Source: Antedon mediterranea
Lineage: Eukaryota; Animalia; Echinodermata
DNA: 64,000 nucleotides
Assembly (NCBI RefSeq): GCF_964355755.1
Contig: NC_092672.1
Location: forward strand, 30,200,437-30,264,436
Reading direction: 5' to 3'
This document shows, in pieces, positions 37,601 to 49,700 of the stretch. The position numbers were made by a program, and so were the translations under genes. Positions within the stretch are counted from its first letter, which is position 1; the number at the start of each line of letters is the position of its first letter. Under the pieces are notes generated by a model. The model was not told the DNA's origin, ran no database searches, and was given only the letters and a program-made list of their open reading frames with translations.

Positions 37601-38324
37601 AAACCAGTGGGAATTATGTTGTCTGCCGTCGACACAGCTCAGTTCGGCGTGTGTTGGACCAGACGTTGAATTCACATGCAGGCAGAGATATTGTTTACGT
37701 TTAGGATCAGACGATAATCTTACGCGTGGGATCAAACGTTAAAGGTACGTAAGTTTAATAACGCAATATATTTAAGAGTTGAATCAATCGGACGTGTAAC
37801 TGTTGGCAGAGACGATTATTGTACGACGGTTTAGGATTAGACTAGTCTACACGTGAGATCAGAAAAGTACACGTTGGATTAACGCGGCAGATTTACGTGT
37901 TGATTCAGGCGGAAATGACGCGTTGAATAACGATAAAGTCACGCGTGGAATCAACATATTCTTAGTTTTTACGTTTTTACGCAGAAGGGATTACGTTTAC
38001 GATCAGACGATAATTGTTGAACGCGTTAGACAATACGTTGCCAGCAAAGACAAGTGTCTACACTATCAAACCAATTTGACAAAGAAAGTGTGATGTACCC
38101 AAATAAAGTAGTGATATGACATCATGGTTGTCCATATACGAACACATTACTTTTTTTCACATAAAGTTTGATAGTGTAACAGCTTTAGTTTAGAACGGGA
38201 CCAGACGATCATTTTACGTGTTGAATAACAAAGATGATTATCAGACGACAAACGATTTTACATTTTTGTGATCAGACGATTTAACGTTTTGTTTCAGATT
38301 GTAAGCGCGCTCAAATTCAGGGAT

Positions 38325-38390
38325 CTCATTGGAGAAGAGCCAACGTAGTACATTCCGTAGTAAATTTCATTGGACCCTCATATAAGGGAG
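38325..38390 (+). promoter_or_regulatory. Putative WFDC1 core promoter (reverse CCAAT boxes and TATA-like CATATAAG)
   Basis: ATTGG at ~38328 and ~38369, and CATATAAG at ~38379, about 200 bp upstream of the ATG at 38583. Confidence 0.4.
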
Positions 38391-38582
38391 GACGGTTAGT
38401 AGAGTTCTCAACTTTTATGACGATACAATCTGTCTGCGTGTTTTAAACATTTAAATTGCGATTCATTCGGTCTTTATCAGAGTGCTGGCGTGAAAAACTG
38501 TTTTTATAACTTCGCATAGGCCTGCTTACTATTCTGTGTGAGCAGTTAGGTGGTCTCGTACGCACACTACAATACATTGAAA

Positions 38583-41500
38583 ATGCATGTGAGTGCGGTG
38601 TTTTTAGGAGTATACCTACTTGTGCTGATTGAAACTGGCAACTCTCGATCACATCACCACAAACATCATAGGAACATATGTAATGTAAGTATTAAAGACA
38701 TTATTGTTGTTTAAGCTTGGTTCTTACTAGAGCCGCTAGGCAAGGATACGTAAAGTAAGTGATTTGACCAATCACAAGCGATGGATTTATTCAAATGTAC
38801 TTTGTAATCAAGTCCGATTTAGCAGGACCAACATTCACATCAACAAATGAATAACAGGTTATCATCTATTGTAATGATGATTTCCAATCACTAAAATTCA
38901 TTGTAAAATTCCTCCTACAAAGGTATACTGTAGTAGCTATACTACTACTACTAGGCCTAAAGCCAAATCATCATCCAGGGATAATTGAGCCTACACTATA
39001 GTAAAATATATCAAACAGCATGCACATACGTTCTTTAGAAAATTAATTATTTTACGCCAAAAAAAATGAGGAAAGCAAATTTCATCTCTAAGGGAGGGGA
39101 CGATAAACAATTAATATTTTTGTTATGGCCTCATTCAAGCCTCCCTCAATATCAAATGTTCTTATAACAAAAAGTGTACTTTATAATAATGAAGCCCACC
39201 GGTAAGAAGTCACGATTATCCATCCAGGGGTCAGGTCAAGCATGCAGATATAATGTCAAGTTTAAATTACAGAAATGAACAGATACAAGATAAGCCATCG
39301 TCTGCTTGGCGGTATCTGATCATCACATTAGCCTTAGGTTACCAGACACCTGTGGTGATTACCTGAATGGGTTATTGTCTTCGTATTAAGTTTGATGAGA
39401 CAAGATAACGTACACTAACTCAACGTCACTAAACAAATCAACTTGAACTTTGGACTTCATTAAGTAGTGACAATGTAACTTAGTGGTAAAATGGTGGGTT
39501 CAATTCAGGTAATGGTGAGTTCAATTCAGGTAATGGTGGGTTCAATTCAGGTAATGGTGGGTTCAATTCAGGTAATAGTGGGTTCAATTCAAGTAATGGG
39601 TGGGTTCAATTCAGGTAATGGGTGGGTTCAATTCAGGTAATGGTGGGTTCAATTCAGGTAATGGTGGGTTCAATTCAGGTAATGGGTGGGTTCAATTCAG
39701 GTAATGGTGGGTTCAATTCAGGTAATGGCGATGGGTTCAATTCAGGTAATGGGTGGGTTCAATTCAGGTAATGGTGGGTTCAATTCAGGGAATGGGTGGG
39801 TTCAATTCAGGTAATGGTGGGTTCAATTCAGGTAATGGGTGGGTTCAATTCAGGTGATGGTGGGTTCAATTCAGGGAATGGGTGGGTTCAATTCAGGTAA
39901 TGGTGGGTTCAATTCAGGTAATGATGGGTTCAATTCAGGTAATGATGGGTTAAATTCAGGTAATGGTGGGTTCAATTCAGGTATAGGTGGGTTCAATTCA
40001 GGTAATGGTGGGTTAAATTCAGGTAATGGTCGGTTCAATTCAGTAAATGGTGGGTTCAATTCGTGGCCAGGTTATAGGCCCATTTACACTAGGACGATAA
40101 CGATCGACGATAAATTAGAAAGGTTTTTGTTCTAGAACTACAGGATAATCATTTCACGATATTATTGCTCTTACTAATCATGACGTCATTTGATTGGACG
40201 TGGGAAAATATCGTTTTCATAAAAGCAAGCATAGATGGTCATTCTATAGTTCTAGAATGAAACGTTTTTTCTTCTTTCTTTCTTCTTCTTTCTTTTGTTG
40301 TACGTTTTGTCAAGTATGAAAAAAAGCATATTTGTCTATTTATCGTCGATAAATGTAAATGGGCCTTAACCGATATTTCATACACAATAAAGGCATACAA
40401 AAGCTCTATACACTTTCTGACGATTTAAACTAAGGTAGTCCAACAACATGATTCTGAGCACCGTTAGATCAAAGATTGTATGTGTAGTTGCGACACGATC
40501 AGTTTCATCGCTCCCACCCCGCCTAAACAAACCAGAAACAATATACTTGGTACTTTAACCGCTAGCATATGAATTGCGCAGCCAATCATAAGATCAAAGG
40601 ACTTTTACGCGTATACAGTGCGAGCTCAGAATCCTGTTTTTAGATTGCCGTGTTTTAACCAGAGAAGCCTCCTCGCCCCTCATGGCAGCGATAGCAGGCC
40701 TTAACCTATTTCAAAATACAATTTCACAATTTCTTCCCTAAATCCCAATTTATAAATATAAGGGATAACCAAATTACCCAGAGGAGGCCCTATGTCATTT
40801 CCGTTTCCATTAATTGGAAAATGAAATTATGCCAATTCAACTCATATTTTAAAATATGTAGGACTGTATCAAGGCAAAATAAATAAATGTAAACGAAATT
40901 TAGATTTAAGATTGAATAGTCAAATGTTATTTCCCATAAAACATGAAACAGTTCTATTTCGAAAAAATAATGAATAAAGAGTGTTTCTTCTCGACTCATA
41001 TTCCCCTTCTTCATAAAAGCGTCCAAACGGGCCTTTAGATTAGAATTCGTTTATTTTATACAGTACCACTATAATACCACAGAAAACAACGGTAATTTAC
41101 TCGGTCGGCCCGAGAAATATCTTTTGAACTATAGGCCTATAGTTTTTATAGTTTAAAAAACATTATAGTTTAAAGATGCACTGTCCCCCTGAAAAAATAA
41201 TTCTTAAATTTTTGTTGAATATGCCATTTTAATGTCACCTAATAATTATCCGCTTTGACCAAAAATTGGATCGAAAAAAAATGCATTTACCGAAAAATAA
41301 AGTGAGTAAAGCAAAAAATATCCAAATTGGCTACAAGCCAATGGGTTTTTGATTGAATTTAACAATTTATTTTGTCATTTTATAAGTGAAAACATTAATT
41401 GTTTCCCTTTTTTTCTACGGAAGTGATTAAATTGATTAAATCTACACATTACTATTCAAAGTAACTAACTATTATTATGTTTTCGGGGACAATACATCTT

Positions 41501-44500
41501 TAAAAGTAAGAATATTGTTGAAGTAAAAACATATTTTGTCTTACCATGTCTACTCTAAATAATTATGACGTGTTTCGAGTCGATTACAGCAACATGTTAT
41601 CTATAATAAACATCTCAGCACCATATATCATGATTTGTCTCTCAGGAATTCTGCGGTCCATGCAATATGTTTACAAAACACATGCAGGCCTAGCTGATCA
41701 TTATTTTGACAAGTAGGACAGTTCAAACAAACAACCTCAAATGGTGGTCTATATTGTCCCTAGGTACGCATAAAAAGTTGTAGGCCTACATTAGAGATGG
41801 TCATGATCCAAAATAACGAGGATGCTGAGACCTGAGATGAGCTGAGCCCCCACAACTTAATCCCACTCTTCTAGGACATAATTCGATCTCTGGGTTACAT
41901 TGAACTAAGGCCATTTACACAGACAAATGGTAACGGTAAGCGCAGTGGAAAAAACAACGTAGTTTGTCCCACGTAGAATCTGTATGTATCCTGAGCGGAA
42001 ACCACCCATTCATGAGTAATAACATAAGATTCTATATTATATTATTACCGTTACCGCTCGTCTGTGTAAAATGTAAATTCTTAAGTCCAAGAACCTGTTT
42101 AACCAATGTTATCGATAATTGGTCTATGAAGCTAACTTATCCGGGTAAATAATGCTTGGTTCCATTACAGACACAATATACGGTAAGTGATTTGACCAAT
42201 CATAAGCGATATCGTTGCTTGTCATTAGTCAACTCGCTTACGTTGTGTTTACGTTCTTGCGAATTACGTTCTAGTGGAAACAAAGCTTAAAGACACAACG
42301 CAAGGATGTAACGCAACGTAAGTGATTTGACCAATCACAAGCGATGGATTATTCGAACTCGTTGCTTGTGATTATTCAACTCTTTTGCGTTGCGTCTACG
42401 TCCTTGCGTTTTGTCTCCAGTGAGAATCCCAAGCTCAAAGACACAACGCAAGAATGTAACGCAACGTACGTGCTTTGGCCAATCACAAGCGGTGGATTAT
42501 TCGAACTCGTTGCTTGTCATTGGTCAACCCGCTTGCGTTGCGTCTACGTCCCTGGGTTGCGTGTGGGAATTAACTAAGCCTGGGTTCAAACATAGTATAG
42601 CTAGAATTAGGTCTGATCAGGGGGGTATCACACATTGAACTAGATTTTGGCTTTAGATTTGTTGTGATGATAAGTCATTTAGGTCAAACAAGTAAGTGTG
42701 GCCTACCAAAACAGCCTTTGTATTGTTTATTATTACAGTAGTTGAATAAATTGCAACCCGGCATTTGGATATTTTGGCCAACTCTGCATAGGGCAACCCA
42801 AAAATGTACAGAAAGGCCTACATTTGAGAATACGCAATAATTTATTCGTTGAATTAGAAGGGAAAGAGGAGGGTTGACAGAGGTGGGAATTAGGCTAGAA
42901 ATGTATAATCTCATCGGTGCGAAATGTCACCCTTAATGGTACATTCAGGGTATATTATTATTAATTCACATGATGTAGATACTTCTGAATGTAACTGCCT
43001 GGAATTGTTATTGGTAGCAAGTTAACTGAATGCAATTCAATTTGTTCAGAATGATTTTAATATCTTTTTCACACCTTTGTTCCAAGTAATTGGTAACTGG
43101 ATCTCCATGTTGCTGATACTGAACCATATTGATGTTACGAATGAAAGATTCTTAGCCATTTGTTTTCATAATTTTGCTTTTGGTGGGGCAATGATTGACT
43201 GCTCGCGACAGAAGAAAACAAACTTTGCACTCATTAACATTTCGGAGCACTCCATATAACGACAGGCTTACGGTACACAAATTCACGATGAGATAGGGCC
43301 TATTCTTGTGAGGAATCACTCGAGAACTCGACAATTTTGTGTATTAAACAAACCCTTTTTCGGTCAATGAATGCTAGAAAACGAACGAAGTATATACGCC
43401 TAAATACCAGTGGCGTAGCGGCTATGAGCTCACTGGCTAAACCCGGGGGCCTCGGATCGGGCCCATGAGCAGTGTCCAGAGTTAAAACACACATTAAAAT
43501 AATATGTCGAAAAGGCCTCCAGCCTTGGCTGGTCACTTGGGGTTCCTGGGTTACACCACTGCCTAAATAAAGTTCCCATTAAGTTAATTTTCTATTTTTT
43601 CTGCAGAAACATAATACTAATGTTGACTGTTAATTTTAAATTCATCGGGTCGCCAAGGAATTGTATTGCTGGTGATACACTAGCCGATCTGCCTTGTAGG
43701 AGATCACTTTGATTTAATTCTGACCTAATTCATGCAGCGTGGTGTCCCTTCACTTAAATATGTAGACGGCATTGTAGCAGCGGGAGTGAGTGAAAGCCAG
43801 AGAATAACATTCATTGATAAGACGTCTCATGATTTCTTGAAACAAAACTGTTTTGTTGAAATACTATGATAGCTGCTTCTATAATTGACGACACAGTACG
43901 GCATTTCGGCTTTATTTTTCGATCTTTAATTTCGTCCAAATAAACAAAATATACAAATGAAACAAAACGAATAAAAAAGAAGTTAATTTTGAGATTGAAA
44001 ACGGCAAATAAGTTAAATCAAAAAAATGGTTCATAAATCATTAAAAAAAATACACGTTTGCACTAAAACTACACACTCAACCTATATATACAGTAGATTC
44101 CCACTGTTCCGACACTAAAACTCTGTCTACACTATCAAACTTTATGACAAAAAAATTGGATGTGCCCATATGTGGACATCACATTTTTTTGTTGATGTCA
44201 TATCACTACCATATTTGGGCACATCACTACCATATTTGGGCACATCACACTTTTCTGATAGTGTAGACAGAGCTTAAGAATCAGGTTCATGTTAAATTAA
44301 AAAAATAATTAATGATAAATTAAAGTACCACTGCAATTAAACTATAAAGAAATTGATAACGCTTAATTAGCACTGTTTGGCTACAATTATGTGCACACAT
44401 GTGCTTGGCATGTTAGAAATTCCATGAAAATTCACTCTTTTCCCTGATTATTCTTCTTAATTTATTTTTCCACAGCACGGAAGGCATCGTAGCAATATTG

Positions 44501-45779
44501 AGACCAATGAAGGAGAGTGTCCGCCGTCTACGAATGGAGGCAACACGCAAGAATGCAACACTTGTACGTGCCTAGCCGATTCACAGTGTGGACACGGTGA
44601 AAAATGTTGTCACAATGGTTGCGTTTACACGTGTATGGAAGTGATAACTCCTCCACTTGGTAAGAACATAACTTATCACTCAACTATATCGGGAAAGGGG
44701 CGATATTCAAGAAGAACCTCGCTCCCCGCAAGTGTCCGGTTTCAAGTATGACGAAAGTGGATGGTTTATGGTTATATATCACAGGAATCTCGCTCCCCGC
44801 CCCAACCATATTATTATATATTGTTTAACTATTTGAAAATAACAAACATTACTTAGTTATTCACTCATTCTTTCAGTTTTTGATTGGCTAGAGGAACCAA
44901 TTCGGCAGAGAACATCAGGTATTAACATTTTTATTTCTAAGATAAAAGGGCGTAGGCTGGTTTAGGCATGGGGCGAGATGCTAAAGATTAGAATATCGGA
45001 TCAACAACGTCACAAGTAAGCTTTAAATGCGTGATACAGTGTAGGAGCATCGAAGACCAACTCCTAATGGAAGAGATGATGTCACAAGACAGACACGTAC
45101 GACATTATTCTAGGCCGAAATTAGTAAAGAGATACATATTTTGGCACATATGGCGTTTCAGACATGATGAGCTCATATTTTTGTAGTACTGTAGTATTCA
45201 GACAAAAATTGAAACGCCGACTGATGGACTGATTTAAACATAAAAGGTAATATCTACAGACTTGGGGCGAGTCTAGATTCTGAAAGTCATGGATATGTAA
45301 CAAACATTATCATTTTCAATTCATAAATAGGAAAAGCCTGGCTTATCGATGGACCAGAAGACAACTTAGCAGGTACGTTTTGAATTTTTACAAATTACAA
45401 GTTACTTCCACTCTTAGTCAATTATTTGAGGTTACCCATCTGGAGAGAGCAAAACAGAAGGGGGGGGGGGAACGTTGTGGGAGAAGAGTATTCTTCCCCT
45501 CATTTTCTGGAGATGTAAACACGAATCTAGGGGAGGGGTAACTGTTACTTGTTAGTTTCTTCCATTTCCCTTTAAGTATTAAGGTATTTTTACATGTATT
45601 ATATTTTAAATATCCTTCATTTAACAGAGGAGACATGCAGCACAAGTATATTTCCGGATGATGATAGCCCGCCACTTGAGTGTCCGACAGGTTATGAATG
45701 CTTTATACAAGATGAGGGCGATGTTGAACACGGTGTCCCAAACAGAGGGGTGTGCGTCAAACAATATACCAAGAAGTGA
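38583..45779 (+). CDS. WFDC1: WAP four-disulfide core domain protein 1 (ps20) orthologue, 5 exons
   Basis: Exons 38583-38684 (signal peptide MHVSAVFLGVYLLVLIETG), 44476-44659 (WAP domain CPP..CLADSQC..KCCHNGCVYTCME), 44877-44918 (FDWLEEP), 45331-45372 (WLIDGPE) and 45628-45779 (PLECPTGYEC.I.DEGDVEHGVPNRGVCVKQ). All splices are GT-AG and phase-consistent. The C-terminus matches the WFDC1-specific motifs. Confidence 0.9.
39490..40061. repeat. 21/22-bp minisatellite (GGTAATGGTGGGTTCAATTCA, ~26 copies) in WFDC1 intron 1
   Basis: Direct tandem copies with +G variants. Confidence 0.95.
40076..40366. mobile_element. Harbinger-like MITE (AGGCCCATTTACA TIR)
   Basis: AGGCCCATTTACA..ATCGACGATAAAT / ATTTATCGTCGAT..TGTAAATGGGCCT. 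Confidence 0.7.
41174..41499. mobile_element. TTAA-flanked MITE (Kolobok-like) with the same TIR as 9354-9862
   Basis: TTAA|AGATGCACTGTCCCC...GGGGACAATACATCT|TTAA. Confidence 0.75.
42154..42580. repeat. Three tandem ~145-bp copies of the GCTTGGTTCC MITE family
   Basis: AGACACAA..GTAAGTGATTTGACCAATCACAAGCGA..TTGCGTTG..AGTGGAAAC-like unit at ~42154, 42290 and 42437. Confidence 0.8.
43408..43561. mobile_element. hAT-like MITE, same family as the outer element at 21344-23139
   Basis: CAGTGGCGTAG...TTACACCACTG, flanked by CCTAAATA on both sides (one extra C on the left). The interior matches the reverse complement of 23040-23139. Confidence 0.75.
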
Positions 45780-46750
45780 TATATTAAATTTAATTTTAGT
45801 AATATTTATTTATACATTTTCATTAATATACAGTATTATTTTCTATTATAAAATAATTTCCAGAATAATTACACCAGAAAAAACTAATTTATGTATTTTA
45901 TTAAAACAAACGTACACTTTCCTGCTGGCTAGATTTTTTTTAAATCATTGATTATTTAAAATACACATTGTGATTTAATTAATTCTATTGCTTTCAATGT
46001 GGTATTTTCTTTCAAAGTGCTCCGTGAAAAGAAAGATGTTTATTTATTATTCTTTATACTGGGTAACATCTTCAGTTACAGACTAGTCTCTCAGAGTTAT
46101 GATCAGTAGCTGTGAGTGATAGTGGCTGTGTGTGTACTTGCAGATGCTACAGCTATGTGATTACGGTTCCACTGTCTTAACTACTCAGCCACTCAAGCTC
46201 TGTCTACACTATAAAACTAATTTGTCAAAAAAAGTGTGATGTGCCCATCACATTTGATATCCTATTTGATATCCAATAACGTTTGATAGTGTAGACAGAG
46301 CTTTAGTTTGCATGTTTCATGCAATTTGTTTGGAAGTCAAGTTCATTTAAAATTTAGCCTACCTATCTGTGCACTGTGGTGTGATCCCATGACTATGCCT
46401 CGTTTCAGGTGGTAAATATTTTGTCCCTGCGTTATCATTTATTTAATTTAGGTTGATTGCCCGCCCTGTCTTTTAAGGCGTGGTAGTTCGACCACTCGCC
46501 TAACACACTCCTAATATGCCCTTGAGTGTACCATTTACAGCCCACTTAAATTTGGCAATCTTCTAGAAAAATATAAACCGCCCACCTAGCATACCCCTAA
46601 ACGTGTTGAGGAGTGTCAGTTGTAGCACACCTGCAATTTTCAAAGACACGGCCTGTGATTTGATACAATTTAATTAAATAAATTTCAATAAATAACATGC
46701 TTTGATTATTGAATTATTCACAACATTACATACAGTATCTTCTATATATG

Positions 46751-49700
46751 TCATGATATTTCAACTGTCACTTGTTGAATAGACTTCAATCCACTTGGTT
46801 TGTAACTGCATGATGGACAGGAGTAAGTGGAATCAGCCATCATATTGCTCTGTGAATTTAATAAACAAATATAAAATCAAATCAAATAATTTTGTTCCAT
46901 ATATAAAAATGTACATGGAAAAATTGTTTCCCTCGACAGAAATATAGTAAAACAAACAAAACATTCACAATTACATCATACTACTATAGATAAAATTACA
47001 ATTTATAAAAAAAGATTCACCAATCCCATATAAAAATACTATGTTATATTTAAAATTATATTCCTATTTAACAACTGTAATTGAGCTATTAATATTATGA
47101 TTCAACAATCTTTGAGTTAAAAATATGCGTGGAATTTTAGTTGTAAAGTTAGTTATAATAATAGTATATACTGTATAATATTGCTGGATATTTGAATTGG
47201 CATTTCACTTAATTTTCCTTTTCACCATTCATGACATTGGGCACGTACACATCCACCAATGCCAACTAAATGACACAACAAACACCTCAAGCCTGTGTGC
47301 CTTTCAACCCTAACCCTTGCTCCACTGTTTCTGAAGTTTCATCTAAAATTTGCTATATACAGATGATTTTCCATGAAAAAGAACCTATCCCCACTACCAT
47401 TTACTGTACAATCAGATTGTATGTACAGCTACTGTATAAAACCCTTATATCCAACTCTCTCTGCCAAATCGATTAATTTATTCACTCAAATTATAATATT
47501 TAACTTCTGTTCGCTTGTACAGTAAATATGAAGGTCAATGAGAGAGGTTAGCGATGGAATATATCAGTGACAATACATCATTTTTCTTATTGTTAAATAA
47601 ACCCATATTGATTCAAAAGCAAAGAACAGTATTACCTTGATGCAGTAATAGCAAAAGACATGTGCACAGCCAACTTCCCTGGGCATTGTTGGCCATTCTC
47701 CGCATATTGCACATTCTTTACACATGTTCAGGGATCGAGAAGACGGGTTTGATGAACTAGGAGTGCGGAGCTTTCGTTGAAAGAAATTTTGAATTCGTCT
47801 GTAGTTGATCAGAGGAAGGAGGAAGAACAAGAACTCTGAGAATCCATGCCACAACAATTCTCTTGTCATGAATTCAAAACTGACCTGAAATGCGAAATAA
47901 ACCATTTATTATTCATGTAGTGGCTAAAGCCCAGTCTACACTATCAAATGTTGTATGACAACAAAATGCAATGTGCTCATATATGGACATGATGATGTTA
48001 TAACACTATCATATTTGGGAATACCATTACCATTATTTGGTTTTATAGTTGGTATTATAGTTTTTATCAAACTAGTTTGATAGTGTAGACAGAGCTTAAC
48101 GTATTGATGCACAACAATTAATTTCCCAACAACTACACTCAAGGACCTCCCACACCTTTGGCTTAAACCCTTTTCACACCTGCAAAAAGTAACAACTTGT
48201 AACAACCATAGCGTGAAGGCAATTTTGAGGAAAACCTCTTGAAAAAACAGAGAGGCCAGTTTTGATTTCAAGATGTCCCAAGTTGTTACTGCGCGCGTGT
48301 GTATTGGCCCTGCTATTAAACTGACCAATCAAAGTAGTAGCATCAAATAGTACGCAACTACGCTTTCTCTCAAGATTTCTCACGGTTTGCGTATGAATGC
48401 ATGTAATAAATTGGGAGATAAAACCTGGTTACAACTTGTTACGTAACAAGTTGTAACAGCTTATGTAGATGTGAAAAGGGTATTAATTAGAGTTTAGTTT
48501 TAGCAAATTTTCCTGGTTTTACCTGAGAAATGTCCTAAAAACAACAGAAATAAGTAAAGAAGAAATAACACATGTTAGTGCACCTATAATACTCTTAAAA
48601 TATTCAATACGAGATTAATTTCATGCATTAACTCATCCAGTTTTTTGTACTCACTTGTCTGACTGATTGCGGTTTTGTGAACGTTGCTCGAATTCCCAGA
48701 AGACGCTCAAATAAAAACTGATATTTTCCGTTACGTAGAAAGATGAGGAAGTTAACTAAAGAAGCAACTTTTAACAGCTTCTCTGCCATGTTTAGGAATC
48801 TAATTACCTAAAGAGATGACAAATACAAAGACCATGTCAACATTATTCTACTGCAGTTACTGCAGTAGCTACATTTTGTTTACTCTCTTTAACTTGTATG
48901 CAATTATTTAGCAAACTTATTTGGGTATTAAATCATACGTTGCTTATTGCTGATAACTACTGTTAGTAGAATAATGTTGGCCCGAACCTGTAATCTGACC
49001 AACGATAAATCTCTTTATTGTAAACAAAAAACAAAAATAATTGACAAATGGTGATAGTGATTTCTTTAATAAAAATCTAAAATAACATACGGTTTTAGTG
49101 GTTATATTTAAATTCTAGGCTGGGTAAAAAAGTCATCATCAAACCTTTAAATTCTTACCCAGCTAAATGCAGTTTCTCTTGTAAGCGCAGACAACTCTGT
49201 ACTCCTTTCTTGGACCCATTTTAACCCTACCAAGACAACTCCAAAGAGCCATCGCTGACGGGTTTGTAGTGGGGAGAAGTTGGCCGCATTCCTGTACTTG
49301 AGATTTAACATTTGCTGGCCTAGTGTCGCATCATTTGACAATACAGAATACTGTTGAAATTAAGAGAAAATAATTGAACATTAGGAATATTGCTTTTAGA
49401 CCTATAAAAAACAAGGCCAACAGCCATTAAGTCGCGTGCTACAATGCATAGTGATACCGGACCGACAGACAGACCGACAGACAGACCGACAGACCGACAG
49501 ACAGACCGACCGACCGACATAGTGAACTATACTGACCGAAATTACTGAACATGTTTAAAAATGTTGAAATGTTTAAAAACATTTATATTTTTTTAATTTA
49601 CACGTGCGTAGCCTGTCACTTTTGACGTGCTCGTATAACGTAATTTCGAGTTGAAAAGTAAGTCAAGAAAACAGAAATCGGGCAAAAAGAGTGCGCAATA

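Noticed and set aside
39839-40135. Gly/Asn-rich GGFNSGN repeat protein
   Set aside because: The 22-bp unit variants break the frame repeatedly, there are no convincing splice sites or start codon, and it lies in WFDC1 intron 1.
49320-49520. ORF with SVGLSVG repeats
   Set aside because: It is the translation of the (GACA/GACC)n microsatellite.
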